Source: Fimbriosthenelais zetlandica
Lineage: Eukaryota
NCBI GenBank assembly: GCA_977030845.1
Contig: OZ365114.1
Coordinates: 14,260,001-14,324,000, forward strand
Direction: 5' to 3'
Length of the DNA stretch: 64,000 bases
Positions 48,015-63,072 of the stretch are shown here, one piece after another. The number at the start of each line of letters is the position of its first letter. Within the stretch, counting starts at the first letter, position 1. The position numbers were made by a program, and so were the translations under genes. The notes under the pieces are model-generated. The model ran no database searches. It had not been told where the DNA came from and worked only from the letters and a program-made list of their open reading frames with translations.

Positions 48015-51000
48015 GGGAATGAACTCTCAACTCGAGCCCATCTCCAACAGGAGGGGAGCTGGTGTGGTTTATTTTTGGCACGAGTCATCTACAAGTGCTC
48101 TCCCGCGGTAAGGGTGTCTGCTTCCTTAAAGTTGTTTTATTTAAAACAGTAGGGCTGCCGAATTCCTGAATGGTGAGCACCTGCCCCCAAACCGCCGATA
48201 CCAGCTTTTCACCACTAAATCATCAATAACCATATAAAGGCATTGGGTGAGGTCAAAATTTGGTGTTAACTTTTGGCGTTTAAGTGTAATTTAGTGTTTC
48301 CTTAGACCCTATAGGAAGATTTACTCTAAGCTTATATTAAGTATTTTGTGACTTGCCCATTGAACGGCCATGAGTGGATGGCAAAAAAAAAACAATGCAG
48401 CGGCCAAGGTCAGAGAAGTTGGCCACACCAGAAGTTCACTAACTCGCTATTTCCTGTTCCCTATATATGAATATCCATCTATTTTTAGACGTACAGTTAT
48501 GATCTTGGAATACGAAAGTATTGAGAAATGCTAGATATATATAAAGTCATGAGTCATGAGGTGCCGATCATGATATGTTACTGGATTAACTCAATCTGTA
48601 TGCACAAGGACAAAAAGGAAGTTTAATTCTCAAGTTAAGTCAATGTTGAGAAACTTCAGAAGGGGTTTAATTCAAGCTGGAATTTCAGAATAAAACAGAG
48701 GAAGCGTAAGAGTGACTTTGAACTAGAAATTGCATTGGAGTGGAAATTTTGCATAAAATCCTATTTAATGAAATTGAATATTATTGTAAATGAAAAATTA
48801 TAATTTATCATTAAATTTCATGGTCATTCATGATTATTCTGAGTCTTATGAATATAATTAAGATGACAAATCACTGTGATATAGCAGGCCCCCTATAGAG
48901 ATGCATTGGGAATAACTGAATGTAATGTAAATGTAACTAATCACACCAATGATCACACATGGTGAACTAGAATATTTGACTCTGGACCTACGGCTGGCCT
49001 TTCTTCGAAAAATCTATTATCAAAGCCTCATAGAGTTCAATGAGGAGTGAAGTGTCCGCTTGACAGATAGCAACTTAGAACCATAAACTAACTTTTTCAG
49101 AGATAACCAATTTGATTGATGTCATTTGTGGAGGTGACTCAATGTGAAGAATTGATACATTTTCAGAGAAAATGTAGAGAAATGGAATTTGTGGGAAGAA
49201 AAAACAATTTTCAATGAAGGCTACCAGGAATAAGTAGGGGTGCAAAATGGGGTTATTGACTCCCACCCCTGAAAAATAGAAAAAAAGAACCGATTCAAGT
49301 GAGAGGATTGAGCAAATTTGAACCATTTTTTTTCATGATTATTGACTATAGGAGGGTCATCCATGTTGTCATTTTACGTCAATCACAAACTTCACAAAGA
49401 TTTGATTAGGCCATTCACCTTCCAATCCCTTTCACTACAATTCCTTGTTGACCACTTATCTTAAACTTCCCGCAAACTGCTTACCTCTTAAAGATACAAG
49501 TGCACTTTCATGTACCGATATCAGAGACACATACCGAGGTAAGGAACGGTCAGAACTTGTTGTTTTTCCCTTGAAATTATTTTAAGGGGGGAATATCACA
49601 GGTGCCGGAGGGGTGAGTCATGACTGATTTTGCACACTGCCCATAATAATTTTCATAAGTATCATGGAGTTATCTAAGAAACTGAAGAGGGATTTTCCGC
49701 ACCAGATATGTAACTAACTACACGTGTTGTTAGGACAGCATTGGTCAGTGCCATATAGAGAGGCACTGACATCAGCAGGTGCTAGAAGAAGGATCTAGAT
49801 GGAAGTGTCTATAGAGAATACTGCAAGATTATATGATTTCCTAATTAATACTTTAATTGATTATTATATTTAGTAATGCCGTACAGGGTGGAAATCCCAA
49901 CGGTTTTAGTAAAGCAAAATTTAATTGCACACAGGAATTGCAAGAAATGACCAGCATTAAGTGGAAATGTTTTTTTCATAATGTTGTTTTCATAATGTTT
50001 TTTTTCAAAAATGTATAAGTAAATGCACAAGACCTACAGATATGATCGATGCAGATCTACCCAATATTCAGATTAAAAAATACAGCCCAGAGACATTGTG
50101 AAATAATGGTCAAACCTTCTAAAATGTGTTAGGAGATGATATTGTGATGTGGGGTACCCGATTGATAAATCACACTTTATCCAAACAAACTAAACACTCC
50201 CAATAGATGGGCAGGCCCATATATTGCATGTATTTGGGGTATTGCAACATCAACGACCAAATGGTGGAGTCATAGATAACGGTTTAGGTATCTCTCTATA
50301 CATGGCATAGAGAGTACATACATGTATAGAGGGCCACACGGGAGAGACCGGAAACCATGGATATCCTGTTGATTCAGTTGGCGAGGAGAGAGGCCGGAGA
50401 GTAACCGTTATTATATCTTTGTACTTTTATCTTTTTTAATATTTTTTTTGGTCATGTAAAAGTCAGTACACACCAAACCTATAATCAATTCATGCCAACG
50501 GATATTAGATTTCTAATTCTTTTATCAATTTGGGAAGAGACACTGAGACACCGAGACAGATTCATGGACAGTTACATGTATATTTTTTTAAATATTAAAA
50601 TTAAGCCAATCGGGTGTAGATCCGACAATTTCTAGAGCTTGATGAATCCAGAACTCGATAATTCTGACCGATTATGATAACATTATGACAAATTCTGATG
50701 CTCTGTGCTAGGTTTGTTGTCCTCCCTTCACTATGGGTTCCTATCTATAATCTAATAGGGCTATATTATATTTAAATAGCATACCGAAATTTTATAATTT
50801 CCTTTTCAACTCATTTCTTTTTAATGATTCGTTTGCTAATTCCTCAGTCATTAGTGATGCATTCTGAATGTGCTGAGTATTGTTCTTGTTCGTGCATGGC
50901 TGGTGGGGTGTAGGTGGCTATGCTTGAAAGAAAACGTATATTCTCATACAGACAATCTGTTACAGACATGGGGATGGTGAGTGGGAGGGATGCGATTAAT

Positions 51001-51378
51001 GGGGATCAAGAAAACGCTTACCTTCGACAGTAGCTGCCTCCTGCCATGTGTATCAGACCATGGATGGGAAGGCATCATGCGTGGCGCTCAAATAATACTA
51101 GATGATTTTAAAGATCTTTATATTTCGTTTCTTTACAATTAATTTATCTATAGATCGATTTAGTTGCTATATTTAGTTCCTTTTCTGGCAGTTGTCGCAT
51201 CACATAAATCTCTCAAATCAGCACGAATCCTTTTCATGGAGAGCGGAAATGCAAATTTAATTGAAATGCATGGGAAAATGAAACAGGCAAAATGGAGGAA
51301 AATGTTGGAGTTTAAATTGAAGCAAGGCTTCCTAACACCATTTTGCAATGGGAGCTGAGTTGGTAGCCTTCATATAAC

Positions 51379-51457
51379 CCAGGGGCCTGGTTCAAAATGA
51401 ATATTAATTAGCAATGTTAAGTCTATAGATAATATTCGTATTCAAACAGGCTCCAGG
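51379..51457. mobile_element. Mini inverted-repeat element, possibly a Harbinger-type MITE remnant
   Basis: ccaggggcctggttcaaaatgaatatta is inverted against taatattcgtattcaaacaggctccagg; solo ends ggggcctgtttca occur at ~27576 (+) and ~39785 (-). Confidence 0.4.
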
Positions 51458-54400
51458 ACTACCAAACAAATACGGACAGCCAGCACTATGTATTTAGATC
51501 TTCCACAGAAAACGGTCGTCCCTATAGGTTTCGGGACTCATCAGCAAAAAGAAACCCACGCAAGAAAACACTTGATACAACAAATGTATTGATTAACTCC
51601 ATAGGGAAGTCAAATCAGCGCATTTTCCTGTAGGGATTCAGAAATTGTGTGAGACGAGACTTTTCCCAGGGTCTTTGTGGGTTCAGACTAGCCACAACTA
51701 TGTGACTATCTTTCATGTAATAAGAGCTAGGTATTGTACCGGTATAGCACGAAATAACGTCTGCCCACACACATGTGCTCACTAAGCATTATATGGGCGC
51801 TATCTCTCAATCATACCCCCTACCTACTCATCTTTACACAGCGTTTTTCCCCAAGCGTTGGTGTATTTTCAAATAAACATTTCTTGTAAGTTTGTTGGAA
51901 ATGTTAATTCTTGTAGCGGGGGCGAAAAAAAGGAAAATAAAAAAGGCAGAAACAAAGAAGCGGTACATGATGAGATAGAATTAGAAGTCTATAATAGCCA
52001 ATACCGATTCAGTCAAGAACCGAAATTATGTAAAATTTAATTAAAATATTTCCTTTCCTCTTTGTCCCTTGCCTTAGTAACACTAATGACCCATTGCTTA
52101 ACTGTACAGAATGAACCTATATTTTTCTTAATGCACCAAAACTGCACTCACCTTAATTTGCTTTTCATAATGTCCTATTAACGGTTGTTAACTCATCAAT
52201 CTGCAAGGTTAAACAAAGACACCATGAATAAATGAGTGACGGCAGGTCATTCTGAGTAAAACTTATAGAGCCCTTAAACACTATTAAACACTCTCAATCA
52301 TCTCCACACTCAACACCCACTCGGCACCGGTACACCGCCTACCATTTCCCTCGCTTTTTATCACCTTTCCAGTTAGGGATCACAGGCCACCGAGGTGTCT
52401 TTATCGTGGAACAAAAGATTCGAGACTAGGAAACTCGGAAAGGCTTTTTCAACAAGGGCCATATACCTGTCAGGTCTGAGAAGATTTGTACAGCCTATGA
52501 GTGTTAATGGGGAATGAGATGTTTTACACATGGACTGATAATAGGGAAGACTTGTTGGTTCATTGACATGGGGGAGACGGGGGATCCCACATCAAAGTGG
52601 GCCTACTGGACCACAGAATGACACCTATATCATAGAGGGGTGATCGATCAAGAGATAATATAGACCAATCATTGACACCTCTATGTATGACCACTGTTTA
52701 TGGTGCTGTTTAATATAATGTTATAATATACTATTATGCACTCTTGTCCCCGGGTCTTATCCTTTGTATTTTGTCTCCGTCTCTCTATCCAGGGGCGGAT
52801 CTAAAGTTGGGGGTCTTGGGGGCCAGCCCCCTCCTTTTCGTTTTAGATTTCGTACGTCAATTCTTTTGGGAAACAAGGCTGACCCCCAACACACAATCCA
52901 AAAAACCTATATAGACATACCCCTGTTATCTTTCTTTCTTTCTTTCTTTCCTTTTTCTTTCTTTTTTGAATGAACTAATGAAATAGAATCCATGGATGAA
53001 TGAATGAAAATACATTTGCCTCAACATGACAACTTTCAAATAAACCACCGCAATTTACCAAATAATTGAAAGCAGAAGTATAGACACTTAGGAGGCGTAG
53101 TAGAAAACTGTCCCAGTGAAGAGTCTAGTCACAGACAGGGAAGTAAATGTGGGAGGAGTGACAAGTCCAGGAATAAAATCAATTTTCCCAAAACATCTTA
53201 ATTTCATCAATACCCATCTTTCAGGGGCATGACTGAATATGATATTAATTGTCCAAAATTTTTTTTCCTGAGCCGTGATCCTCTTTTCAAAGAATACCTT
53301 CCAATATTTTTCATTTCAACTTAAACAACTATAATATTTTTAAGCACCAAACAAGAGAGGTTTGGACCAGGAAGTTGTAAAAAATACTAAATCCAGGACC
53401 TTCTGAGCCCACTCAAGATTCAATAAATCTAGGATTTCATCTCAGATAAGAACAAGAACAAGAAGAAGAGGCTAAAGTATCTGTTAGTTGATCAATGACA
53501 TTGATTGGGCTGATCTTTTTGATTGATTGCTGGATAGCTAAGCCGGGGTTCCGTTCCGCCCTGTCTGGCTAACAATCAATCGATGCCATCTCAACATGTA
53601 ATATTCAGTCTGCGTCCTGCAGATTTTATGAAGAAAAGTGTGTAAGAAAGCAGGATGTACGGAGACTCCCCCCCCCCCCCCCCCCCACCCCCGCTAACCC
53701 CTGAGGTACTGTGTCCCTGTATAGTACTAAGATGCCCTCTCTACTGGTGCTGGTGCTGCAGCTGGTGCCCCTCTCCCAGCCAGCCACCTATCACCGAAGG
53801 GCAAAGCCCTGCCAGGAAATAAGGCCCTTTTCTATGGAAAACAGAGCAAGGAAGGGGACAACATGTTGACGGCATGAAGGAGATTAATGGGTTTGGACGC
53901 GATGTCCGTGCAGTACGTAGGACTCAGTACAAGCTAATCAACTTGGAAGTTTAAATTTCTTATCATGACAAAGTTGATCAACAATGACAGTGATAAAAAC
54001 ATTACAACGAAATGATAGTACCAGCACTTAGCACAATATAATACAATTATCTTATTAAAAGTATTACTGTAGCTTTATAACACCATAATTATCAATTATA
54101 TTTTTGTTGTTGCAGGGGATAAAATAATTAATGAGTCTTCGAATCCAGGCATTCAATATATAATATTTCCAAGCAACATTTCCAAGATATTCGCCCCTGA
54201 TATTGCAGCCTGATCCGGGAAGTTTATTTTCGAGGAACGAAGCCCTTGATAGAATGGGAGGAATCTGATGAGCTATGAGGCCGTGATTAACAACATGTTT
54301 TCATTGAGCAGTGGTCTGCTGTGTACAGACATGGTGTTAATTACTGTAGCAGGAATCTGGTGCGATATGGACGACCCACAGCACTGGGGAGGTGTGGGAG

Positions 54401-57400
54401 GAAGGCGGCAACACAGACTGAATACAATATACTCATTGATTTGAGCCTCTCTGCGGCACTCGTTTTTCAACAGACCATTCCAAACTGAGCCCATTACATA
54501 GTCTGAGACAACTTATATATTCAGAGCAAGTCATCAAAGGTTTGCCAACGGTCTGTGGCACATCATTACATAATAAACTCTCCATCAACGTAGCATCCCA
54601 AACCCAACCCATATACTCTGAACCAATGTACAGAGCAGCTCATCAAAGCTAATATTGTCCTCCATTGGACACATCATGGCTCAGAGTATAGGGTTGAATG
54701 AGCACAGGGAATCAGAAGATAGAGGGTGCTCTATGTACATAGTAGAGTGTCACAGAGTATAAGTACCACGGTCTGTTTGCTGTGGTGCTGGCGGTGCTGT
54801 TTGCGCCTATAAAGCAATGAGCTGCTCGCGGGGGAGAGAGAGCTACCCTCAAACAAACACCAACACAAGATACTCCATCAAGTCTCAATGTTTCTGTTTA
54901 CCTTGCCACGCGGTCGTCCACCTCCGACAAAAACATGAAATAGATCCCCAATGGTTAATGAACGGGTGCAAAACAGCCCGCACTTTTATGGTAAAAGTTT
55001 ACATTCATGAGTAGAAAGGATATACTATTCTGTATGGGACTAATATATGATGAAGATTAGAAGGAAACATCCTGTTTATCTGTCAGAAAATTTCCTCCAA
55101 TGTGTTTTCTTTAAATTTAAATATTAAGATCTAAATTTGAGAGAATAGGTTTTATTCTGGAGCAACGGAGGTCAGGGGGTTTATCTAGTATTATAAAGGA
55201 TAAGAAATATAGTTTACCAGAAAAAGTAAGAGAGTAAGAAGGGAATTGTGTTTTGCTTCATGATAAAGCAATTTAGTACTGCCAGAGTCACGAAAATGCA
55301 TCAGGATATACTATAGGGGAAAGGCCCAGTGCAAGAAGATTAATCTCGACTCTCTAAGCAAATTTCTTAAATAATTCCTTTGAGAAGAGTGCAAACCTCT
55401 CCAATTGTGGACAATTGTCGTGAATTGCCAAGCATCAAATATCAATGACACCTAAAACCACGGTAACTTATTCTGAGGTCATATCCAACAGGTTTCCTAC
55501 CTGACAAGGAAAACATTGTGTAAGTGTTCAGTGCAAGATGAAAGGAAAGTATAGGACTCAGATGAGCCATTTTAAAAGTACACAAATGGATTGTATATCC
55601 CGGATTTAATATCCTCAAAATTTCCCAATTGTCAGACTGCATTTTTGTTGTTGGGGGGATTTATTTTTAGGGAGACCTGAGGATGTAGGAATAATCCAGA
55701 TAAATTTCAATGTGATATAATTTTACTTCCCAGTAGGAGGAATGTTATGCAATGTCAAGCAGATAGCTGGATCAACACATGGGAAAGATGGGGGCATTAA
55801 ATCCAAAGATGCTTTAAAAAAACGTCCCTCATATTTATTATGTATTCCTTGTTGACAATTCCTGATCCATGGGCATGCATCGAGGGAATACCGATCTAAT
55901 ACTAAACACAAATATATGAAGAGGATCCTAAGAAAATCATGAAATGTAAATATCAACACCAGTGGGAATTTGAAAGTCAGTTAAACGCACACTCTTCAAA
56001 CAGGAAGATATTAGTGGGTAATTCTGATAATCCTATTAGAATGAGTTGGCCATTATGTGGTTTCTTTGGGAATATTAAAAGCATCCCTAAATGAAAATAT
56101 TGGCCATCTGATATTTATAAGAGTGGTCTTAACCAATGGAAAAACCTAAGAAGAAAGGAACCCTTTTAATTGATTTAGCCTGTCATTTTATATACATATG
56201 TAGGCATCAAACCACCCTATACTAACACAATGATACAACTGTCAAGTTAATGCATTGTACGTGCATTTTGGTGGTTTCTCTCGGGATAATAATTCCGGCC
56301 TTATTAAACATACGAGAGTACAATATTATCTATATTTGTCATATTTAGGTAGACTCCACTTAAAGTCAGCGATTCCAGATATAGAAAGGAACTTAAGGAA
56401 TGAATGTGGGGACAAGGTCACATTCCAGATACTTTGAGCATCCGTTCCTCCACTCCATATAAATTATACTCTCTGCCAACTCATATCAAAGGGAACACAT
56501 CCAGGCCTTCCTATACTTGGACTATGGAGTTCAACTTTGAATACAAGGTGTCACAGAGTACATATGTAAAGACAGGACATCCAAACATTATATAGATGTC
56601 AATATAAAGGGCCTCGTGAGGACCGGGAGCTGAGTAAATATATTTTTTAGTGAATAATGCCGAAGATCTTTACGGAATGTCACCATGGAAGAATGAATTG
56701 GGAGGAAAAGGAACATAATTATGAATAAGAAAACGGGATCATAGCTTAAGTTGATTCATGTTTGCAGGTCCCAAAGAAAATCATTCTCATCTTAAAAGAC
56801 ATTTGCATCTATATTACATGATTGATTTAGATGTGTTTTATTTTATATAAAAAAAAATTAAGTGATTAGTAAATTGTGTGTATATCTCAATTTCTCAATG
56901 CAAAACCAAGCCAAATAATAATGCACAATTGCCATTTGGACCCGGAAGCAAAAACATCCAAGGAAGAGTAGTACATACATCTGAGAAAGTTACGTTCAAA
57001 TTATGAACTAATTAGTAGTAACAGTTATGTAGCTGTGTGCAAAGAGGACTGAACTCCATTGTTCATGAACTCTTACCCTCTCTGAACCTTGTCCCTTGTA
57101 CTCGATCTTAGCTATAGGATCTTCCACAAGAAAAAAATTCCACACAGAGGAATGTGGAATTCCACAAGGACAGGTGGAAACTGGAATTTTTAACCGTAAC
57201 AGGTCACAAAGCTGTCAGTCCATGCACTTAGAAACATACCTAACCCGAGTTAATGGTATTCATATCAAAGTATTGTGTGCTTTTCAGACCGATAATAATT
57301 CAACGATATAGGGACTTAACCTCAGTAAAGACCGAAACCAGGTTATCGCTATATCTAGTGTGTAGATTAACATTATAGTTATGGTTATACTTTCTGGTGC

Positions 57401-60400
57401 CTGGAATGCCAGTTGGGGGATTTTCGGAGTGAAAGTGTCAGTTGATATGAATAGGGAGCGAGACTGATTCAAAGAGTTGGTATCAGGTGTCAGAAACTAC
57501 TGGAAAAAGTGTTTACTAAATCAATTAATAGGTTTACTCTCATAAGTCTCTCTCTCTCTCTCTCTCTCGCTCATCACCCATTTCCTCTCAATTTTGCTTT
57601 CTATTTACATTTCTTTCCATTTGTCTTTCTTACAAGTGTGCTTCTTTTTAAAGTGTTTAAAAATGTATAGACATTTTATGTCTTTTCTTTTCAGGAGACA
57701 AAGGCAACAGATACCCGATGCAATTAACATACTGAGTGCAGAAAGGCAGACCATGAAGACATTATGAGAACAAAAGTAACCACAGAGGGACTGTCTGAGA
57801 CGATCAACAGATGCCAAGCAGTTGCTTAATGGCTCTCAATTACCCACAGTCGTTACGTCTTGTCTCTTTCTCTCTGCCCACGAGAAGTGAACACACGATC
57901 CACCTAGAGATCATTGACTCAAGGGGCGAGCACTCACACCGATGTGTTAAAGCCACATGGTTCAACACCCAGCTATTACAATGTCATCAGTCCATAGACA
58001 CCGCCGGGCACCCACAATCAAAGTGGGGGTCTCCATGGGTTCCCAATTCCAAGGAGAAAAGGAATACTTTTGCTTCTACTAGCATCAATGGCCTTGAAAT
58101 CTGACAAGAAAATGATATTTTTTTCAGATCCTCCGCATTGCAAATGTAATGCTTTCAATAAGGAGAATGAAACTTCTCAGGAATTTTATAGCTATAGAGA
58201 GTGCATGTTTCCAGTTGCATCATTGATTTTGTCTTGATCTAAAAGTATTAAAAAAGAGATACGTTTTGGACAAGAAAAAGGGGTCTTTTTGAAGTCAGTA
58301 TCCTTGAATAGGATCTGAATTTGAAGAGGAGATTGGGAACGAGCATAGGTACCCATTTGATTTTGAGTGCCCTCCGGGACATGGACCCACCAGCACGAGC
58401 TCCTGTCACCAGATCTCCTTTATTATATCACTGCACGAGCTTTAACACCTAGATCATCACTGTACTTAATTAAATCATCACAATGATGTGGTTTATTATC
58501 CAGTCACATCTCTTACTTACAAGGTGGGCGAGTGTCTTAATAGCGGGGTGGTTAACGGGGGGGTGGGGGGGGGGGGGGGTGGGGGGCGCCGCTATTTACC
58601 AGATGGTTTGTGTACTCATTTGCCATGGCAACCACCACCTGTTTTAATGTAAGGGGACGAGTGAGTGAATAAATAAGAGAGGGTCGAAGATCCAAAGATC
58701 CTGGACGAAAAAGTATGGAATAAAAAGATATTCTATCTTGTCTTTTTGGTGCACGGACAACAAATGTACAGAATGTACTGAAACTTATTAACAAAAAATT
58801 GTACAATATAAATATTATGAAAGACATATTGTTTTTTATTTAATTCAGGTGAAAAAATCCCTCACTCAGTGCCAAGGAGCAGAAAGCAAAGCTACAGCAT
58901 TCCATTCTAATGATATAGGATAACCACTGGTTATTTAGCAACTCAATACCAATATAAACAACTTCGCAAAAAGGCATGGGAAATAGTGCATGGAACTGTG
59001 TTAGAAAGCAAATATATATTGCCGTGTTTCCGACTAGAAAAATAAATTATAGCCGAAGATCTTAACATTGGATCTGTGAAAAAATAACATAAAGGACTTT
59101 GTTGTGTTGGCCATAGACATATCTGAAATGCATATCTGTACGTGTGTGTAAGGGCGGGGGGCTGCGGTGGCAGGGGATGAAGAGTGATAGAGGCTATGTA
59201 TTGGGACTAAATGCCCTATTGGTAGTGTGTTCATAGCTATAAAGGTTGACCACAAGCATGTCTAGCATGGGAAGCATTCCTTATGTATAGTGTTTCAACT
59301 CCAACGGCTGTCCTAGAAAGCTGGGCTTATTTAATCAAATATATCCAATAAATCTATTATAAATTGGTACATTTTATGGCATAACTTTCCAGAGAAAAAT
59401 CAACTTTCTTATTTTATTGACATGGGAAGATGGAAGGATTAGCGATGGACAGGACCTAATAGATTTTAAAGGGGAAGAATTGTTACATGTACGTTCGTTG
59501 ACTCAATCAAATTCTTGGAAAAACCAACGAGTATAGCAAGAAGTTATACTCGTTGGGAAAAGACCTTAGAATAAAAATGATCGCAATGACAGACGAAAGA
59601 ATTGTGATTCCATGGCATTGGTGGTCGCATATTTGCAAAGGGGGAAAACCTAAATAAAGTGAAACGGGCGGAGTTAACCGCTTACAACTAATGTAGAAGA
59701 AGTGCCTTTTGAAAGCTTACAACATTCAGAAGGATTATATGGAAACATGATTTTTACATGTATGCATGGTGAAAGGCATTATAAGTAGTCTATGCAGTAC
59801 AGGTTAAATCGCTTCTCTTGCTTGCATTAATATAAAGTTAGTAGAGAAATGGCACTGACTCATGGGGGACTCCGTGGCTTATTACTGAGAAAGTACAAAA
59901 AGTGAAAGCACCGGGAAAATGACACAGATACCCTGGTATATCCATATGCCTCATCCATAAAAAAAAATCTAAAAAATCATGTTATACGCATCTTCATGAA
60001 TACAATGATATATAAATCTATTCGGCAGCCAGTAGGCATATAACCAGCCCTTTGCTTAGATATGGATACTCTATCTTATTTTATTCGGTTGAATGGAACA
60101 AATTGTCATATTTGCAACGCTATTTATCATGAATTGATGAAATAGGAACATATTTGAAATTAATAATACATGACACTGAAAAATATCTCGGAAATGTAGA
60201 TACGAGGGTATTTCGTCATTTTTAACATAAAATAGATATTAAAACATCAATGATCGTTCATACCTCCATGAGACAAGAAAAGTTGTTTGGAAAGCTATAC
60301 TCAAACATGGGGTTCATGCCAATCTTCAAGCAGACGAGATGGGAAGTTAATAGAGTAAATATATGAGACAAGTGTCTATTAGGTAACATGGTGTCCCAAT

Positions 60401-61734
60401 GTGAACACCTGAATGTATACAGAGAGAGTGAGACCCCATCAAGGCTTCAGATAGCTCTTATATACCGCGATATAAATAGACGCCGTGGTCTAGATGTTTA
60501 ATCAATGGAACCGAGCATCTCTAAAAATAGACACGCGAGCTTTATATTCAAGAAAATCATAGACATGGCAGAAAGGGAGTTACTATTGCTATCTTTGCAC
60601 CAACAAGTTTCTCAGTGCAATAAATAGTTTTTAAATGAAGAATTTATAAAGTAGAAAGAAGTTGTTGTTTTTTTAAATGTTTCATGATAAATACTAAGTT
60701 CACCTGAAGCCATAAGATAGTTCTATATTCTCTAGAAAGGTTCTTATAAAAGTGCTTTAAAGAATACTTAATATGGATGTTGCAAAAATGCAAAATGTAT
60801 CACTATCAACTGTTCTTTTCTTAAGTTTCATGGCGGACACTATGGTGATGCCATCTGAGGTCGTAAGACAGGTGACTTGTTGAGATGTACTTAAGGAAAG
60901 TTCTCAAAACAATTAGGTAGGTGCGAATCAAGATATGGTGAGGCGCAAAATTCAATAGAGCATCTCCTAAAAGTACATAGTTGTTTTCACTCGAGAATAC
61001 AAGAAGTGAAAATAAATCTTTTTGGGAGGGGACACTAAGGTGTTGGCCAGATACTCAGATAGGAACAACTTTGGACTACACCCAGGTCGTGACAAGGAAA
61101 CTATTACCTGGCCATATATTTTAAAGATGCGAAATGTGCATTAAGAAACATCAGAGGAGTCTGAGCTTTTATAAAACATTAATGAGTAGCAGTCCAGCCA
61201 GGCATGCCAATAAATACGCCCTCACTGCAATATTTCAATTCATAAAAAGAAAAATTATTCATTTTAATACTATTAATGAATTGTTTAGAAAGTTCCATTT
61301 GTGAAAATATTATTTAAGAAATAGAACTAAGATAAATATTCTTTATGAAACGAATAAAAAATTAAATTAAATTGAGATATTGACAAATAAAACATAGTTA
61401 TGTAAAATGAAATTATACTGAACAAATATTCTTAATTGCATTGTCCAAATGCAATTACGAAACAAGACAAAGAAAGGTGGGGGGGGGGAGAAAAATAAAA
61501 CAACGAGATGGATTGACATTTGGCAGCCAGAGGTTATTGACATGTGTCAATTGTTGTAACCATGACAACTGGTCAATCTATAATGACGAGTGACGGAGAT
61601 CCAGGCATGTCTGACAGATTAACCCCCTCCCTCCCACAATCTCTATATCCCCGACCACACGGCCCGCCACTGACGTACATGCCAAAACCTCTCCCAGCTC
61701 AAACACACATGAAGTCTTCTCTTCTCAATGACTT

Positions 61735-62050
61735 TATTTCCATTTCTATTTTTCTTTGTTTCTTTCGTTATTCTTTTCTATCCCCATTTCTTTCTAATAT
61801 ATCTTTCTTTCTTTCTTTCTTTCTTTCATTCCTCCATCTTTATTTTTCCCCTTTTTATGTTCTCCATTTTTTCATCCTTTATTGTTGTTATCGCAGTATT
61901 TCTTTTTCACATTCTACATTGTTTCCTTCGTGATATATTTTCCTTCCCTCTTTCTCTAATTCAATTTTCCTTCCTTTCTCCAATCCTTAGGCTCTTCTCT
62001 TCTACACCTTCGTGCCTTCTTAATTTCCTATCCTCAATTCTTCCTTTCCC
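61735..62050. repeat. T/C-rich low-complexity tract including (TTTC)n
   Basis: Source of the F/S/L-rich ORFs at 61544-62072. Confidence 0.85.
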
Positions 62051-63030
62051 TACATACATCCTATATAATTAATCAAGAGCATTCCGCATCATAAAGACAC
62101 AGAGGGATATATATATATAATCTATATTATTAGTAGAGTATTGCCTTTCAATGGGTAATGCCTTTCAATCATTCACATCAACCCATTAATGCCTGAGCGT
62201 GCTTTAAAACCAGGTCTCTGCACGCATTTTTAATCGACCTTAAGACGAGTTCAATTGCGCTCATTATCAGGGAGTTGCTCGAGTTCCCTACTAGCACTGT
62301 GACCTGAGAAAAACCTTGGTGGGAGCATCCCAGAGAAAGGTGATGCGACCACGAACAGTGATTGTTACGTCACGTCATCGGAAGTTTCCTGCCCTACATA
62401 CCTGAATGGTGTCACCAGGAATTAATAAACCTGAGCATGTGAAATAGGTTCATCATGATGCTCTAGGCCATGGAAGTCCGTACCAACAGATCATTTTCAC
62501 AGTGTAATATCTCATTAACAGAGACAAAATGTGAAACATCTGGGCCATCTTACTTTCAGCCATGCAATTCTTGTCTTATACTTTGGCTGAGATAACAGGT
62601 GCTACAGTAATGCGATTCCCCGTTAAATTTGACACGCACCTAAAGTACATCCTGTTTTTCCAAAAATCCCAATTGGAGCTTTTCTACAAAAGGTATTAGA
62701 CTTGACTTTGATGTGGAGGGCCAGCTCCAGCTGAGTGGGGAGCAGATTTTGGCCGGCTTTTCTAACGGTGGACATATGCTTCCTACCAGTAGATCAAACG
62801 AGCTTCTGGGAAAATCTCACATCATCAAAGTGTGGAAGAGGTCTATATATGTGTGATTTATCTCTGTACATGGATGACCAGAAGTGTACGGGCCTTCCAT
62901 GGAAGTCACTAGGCTTGGTGCCAGAGAGGTGACCATTGGTCCCTCCAAAAAGAATGACCATTTGGCACTGGTTGGGGTCATATCAAATCCGGAGGCTGGG
63001 TGGGGGGCTCCCCACCCCCATCCCACCCCT

Positions 63031-63072
63031 TTAAAGCGACCATTGGGGCAGACCAAAAGTGGTCGCTTTATA
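63031..63072. mobile_element. Inverted repeat, possibly a pogo-like MITE remnant
   Basis: taaagcgacca ... tggtcgcttta. Confidence 0.3.

Noticed and set aside
54265-54295. Hammerhead core CTGATGA (also at ~12539, ~20902, ~42247)
   Set aside because: No stem II followed by GAAA and no stems I/III.
57694-57770. Plus-strand exon after a strong acceptor (similar ones at ~54115 and ~40000)
   Set aside because: At 57694 all three frames close within ~75 nt and no donor was found; the other two were not worked through.
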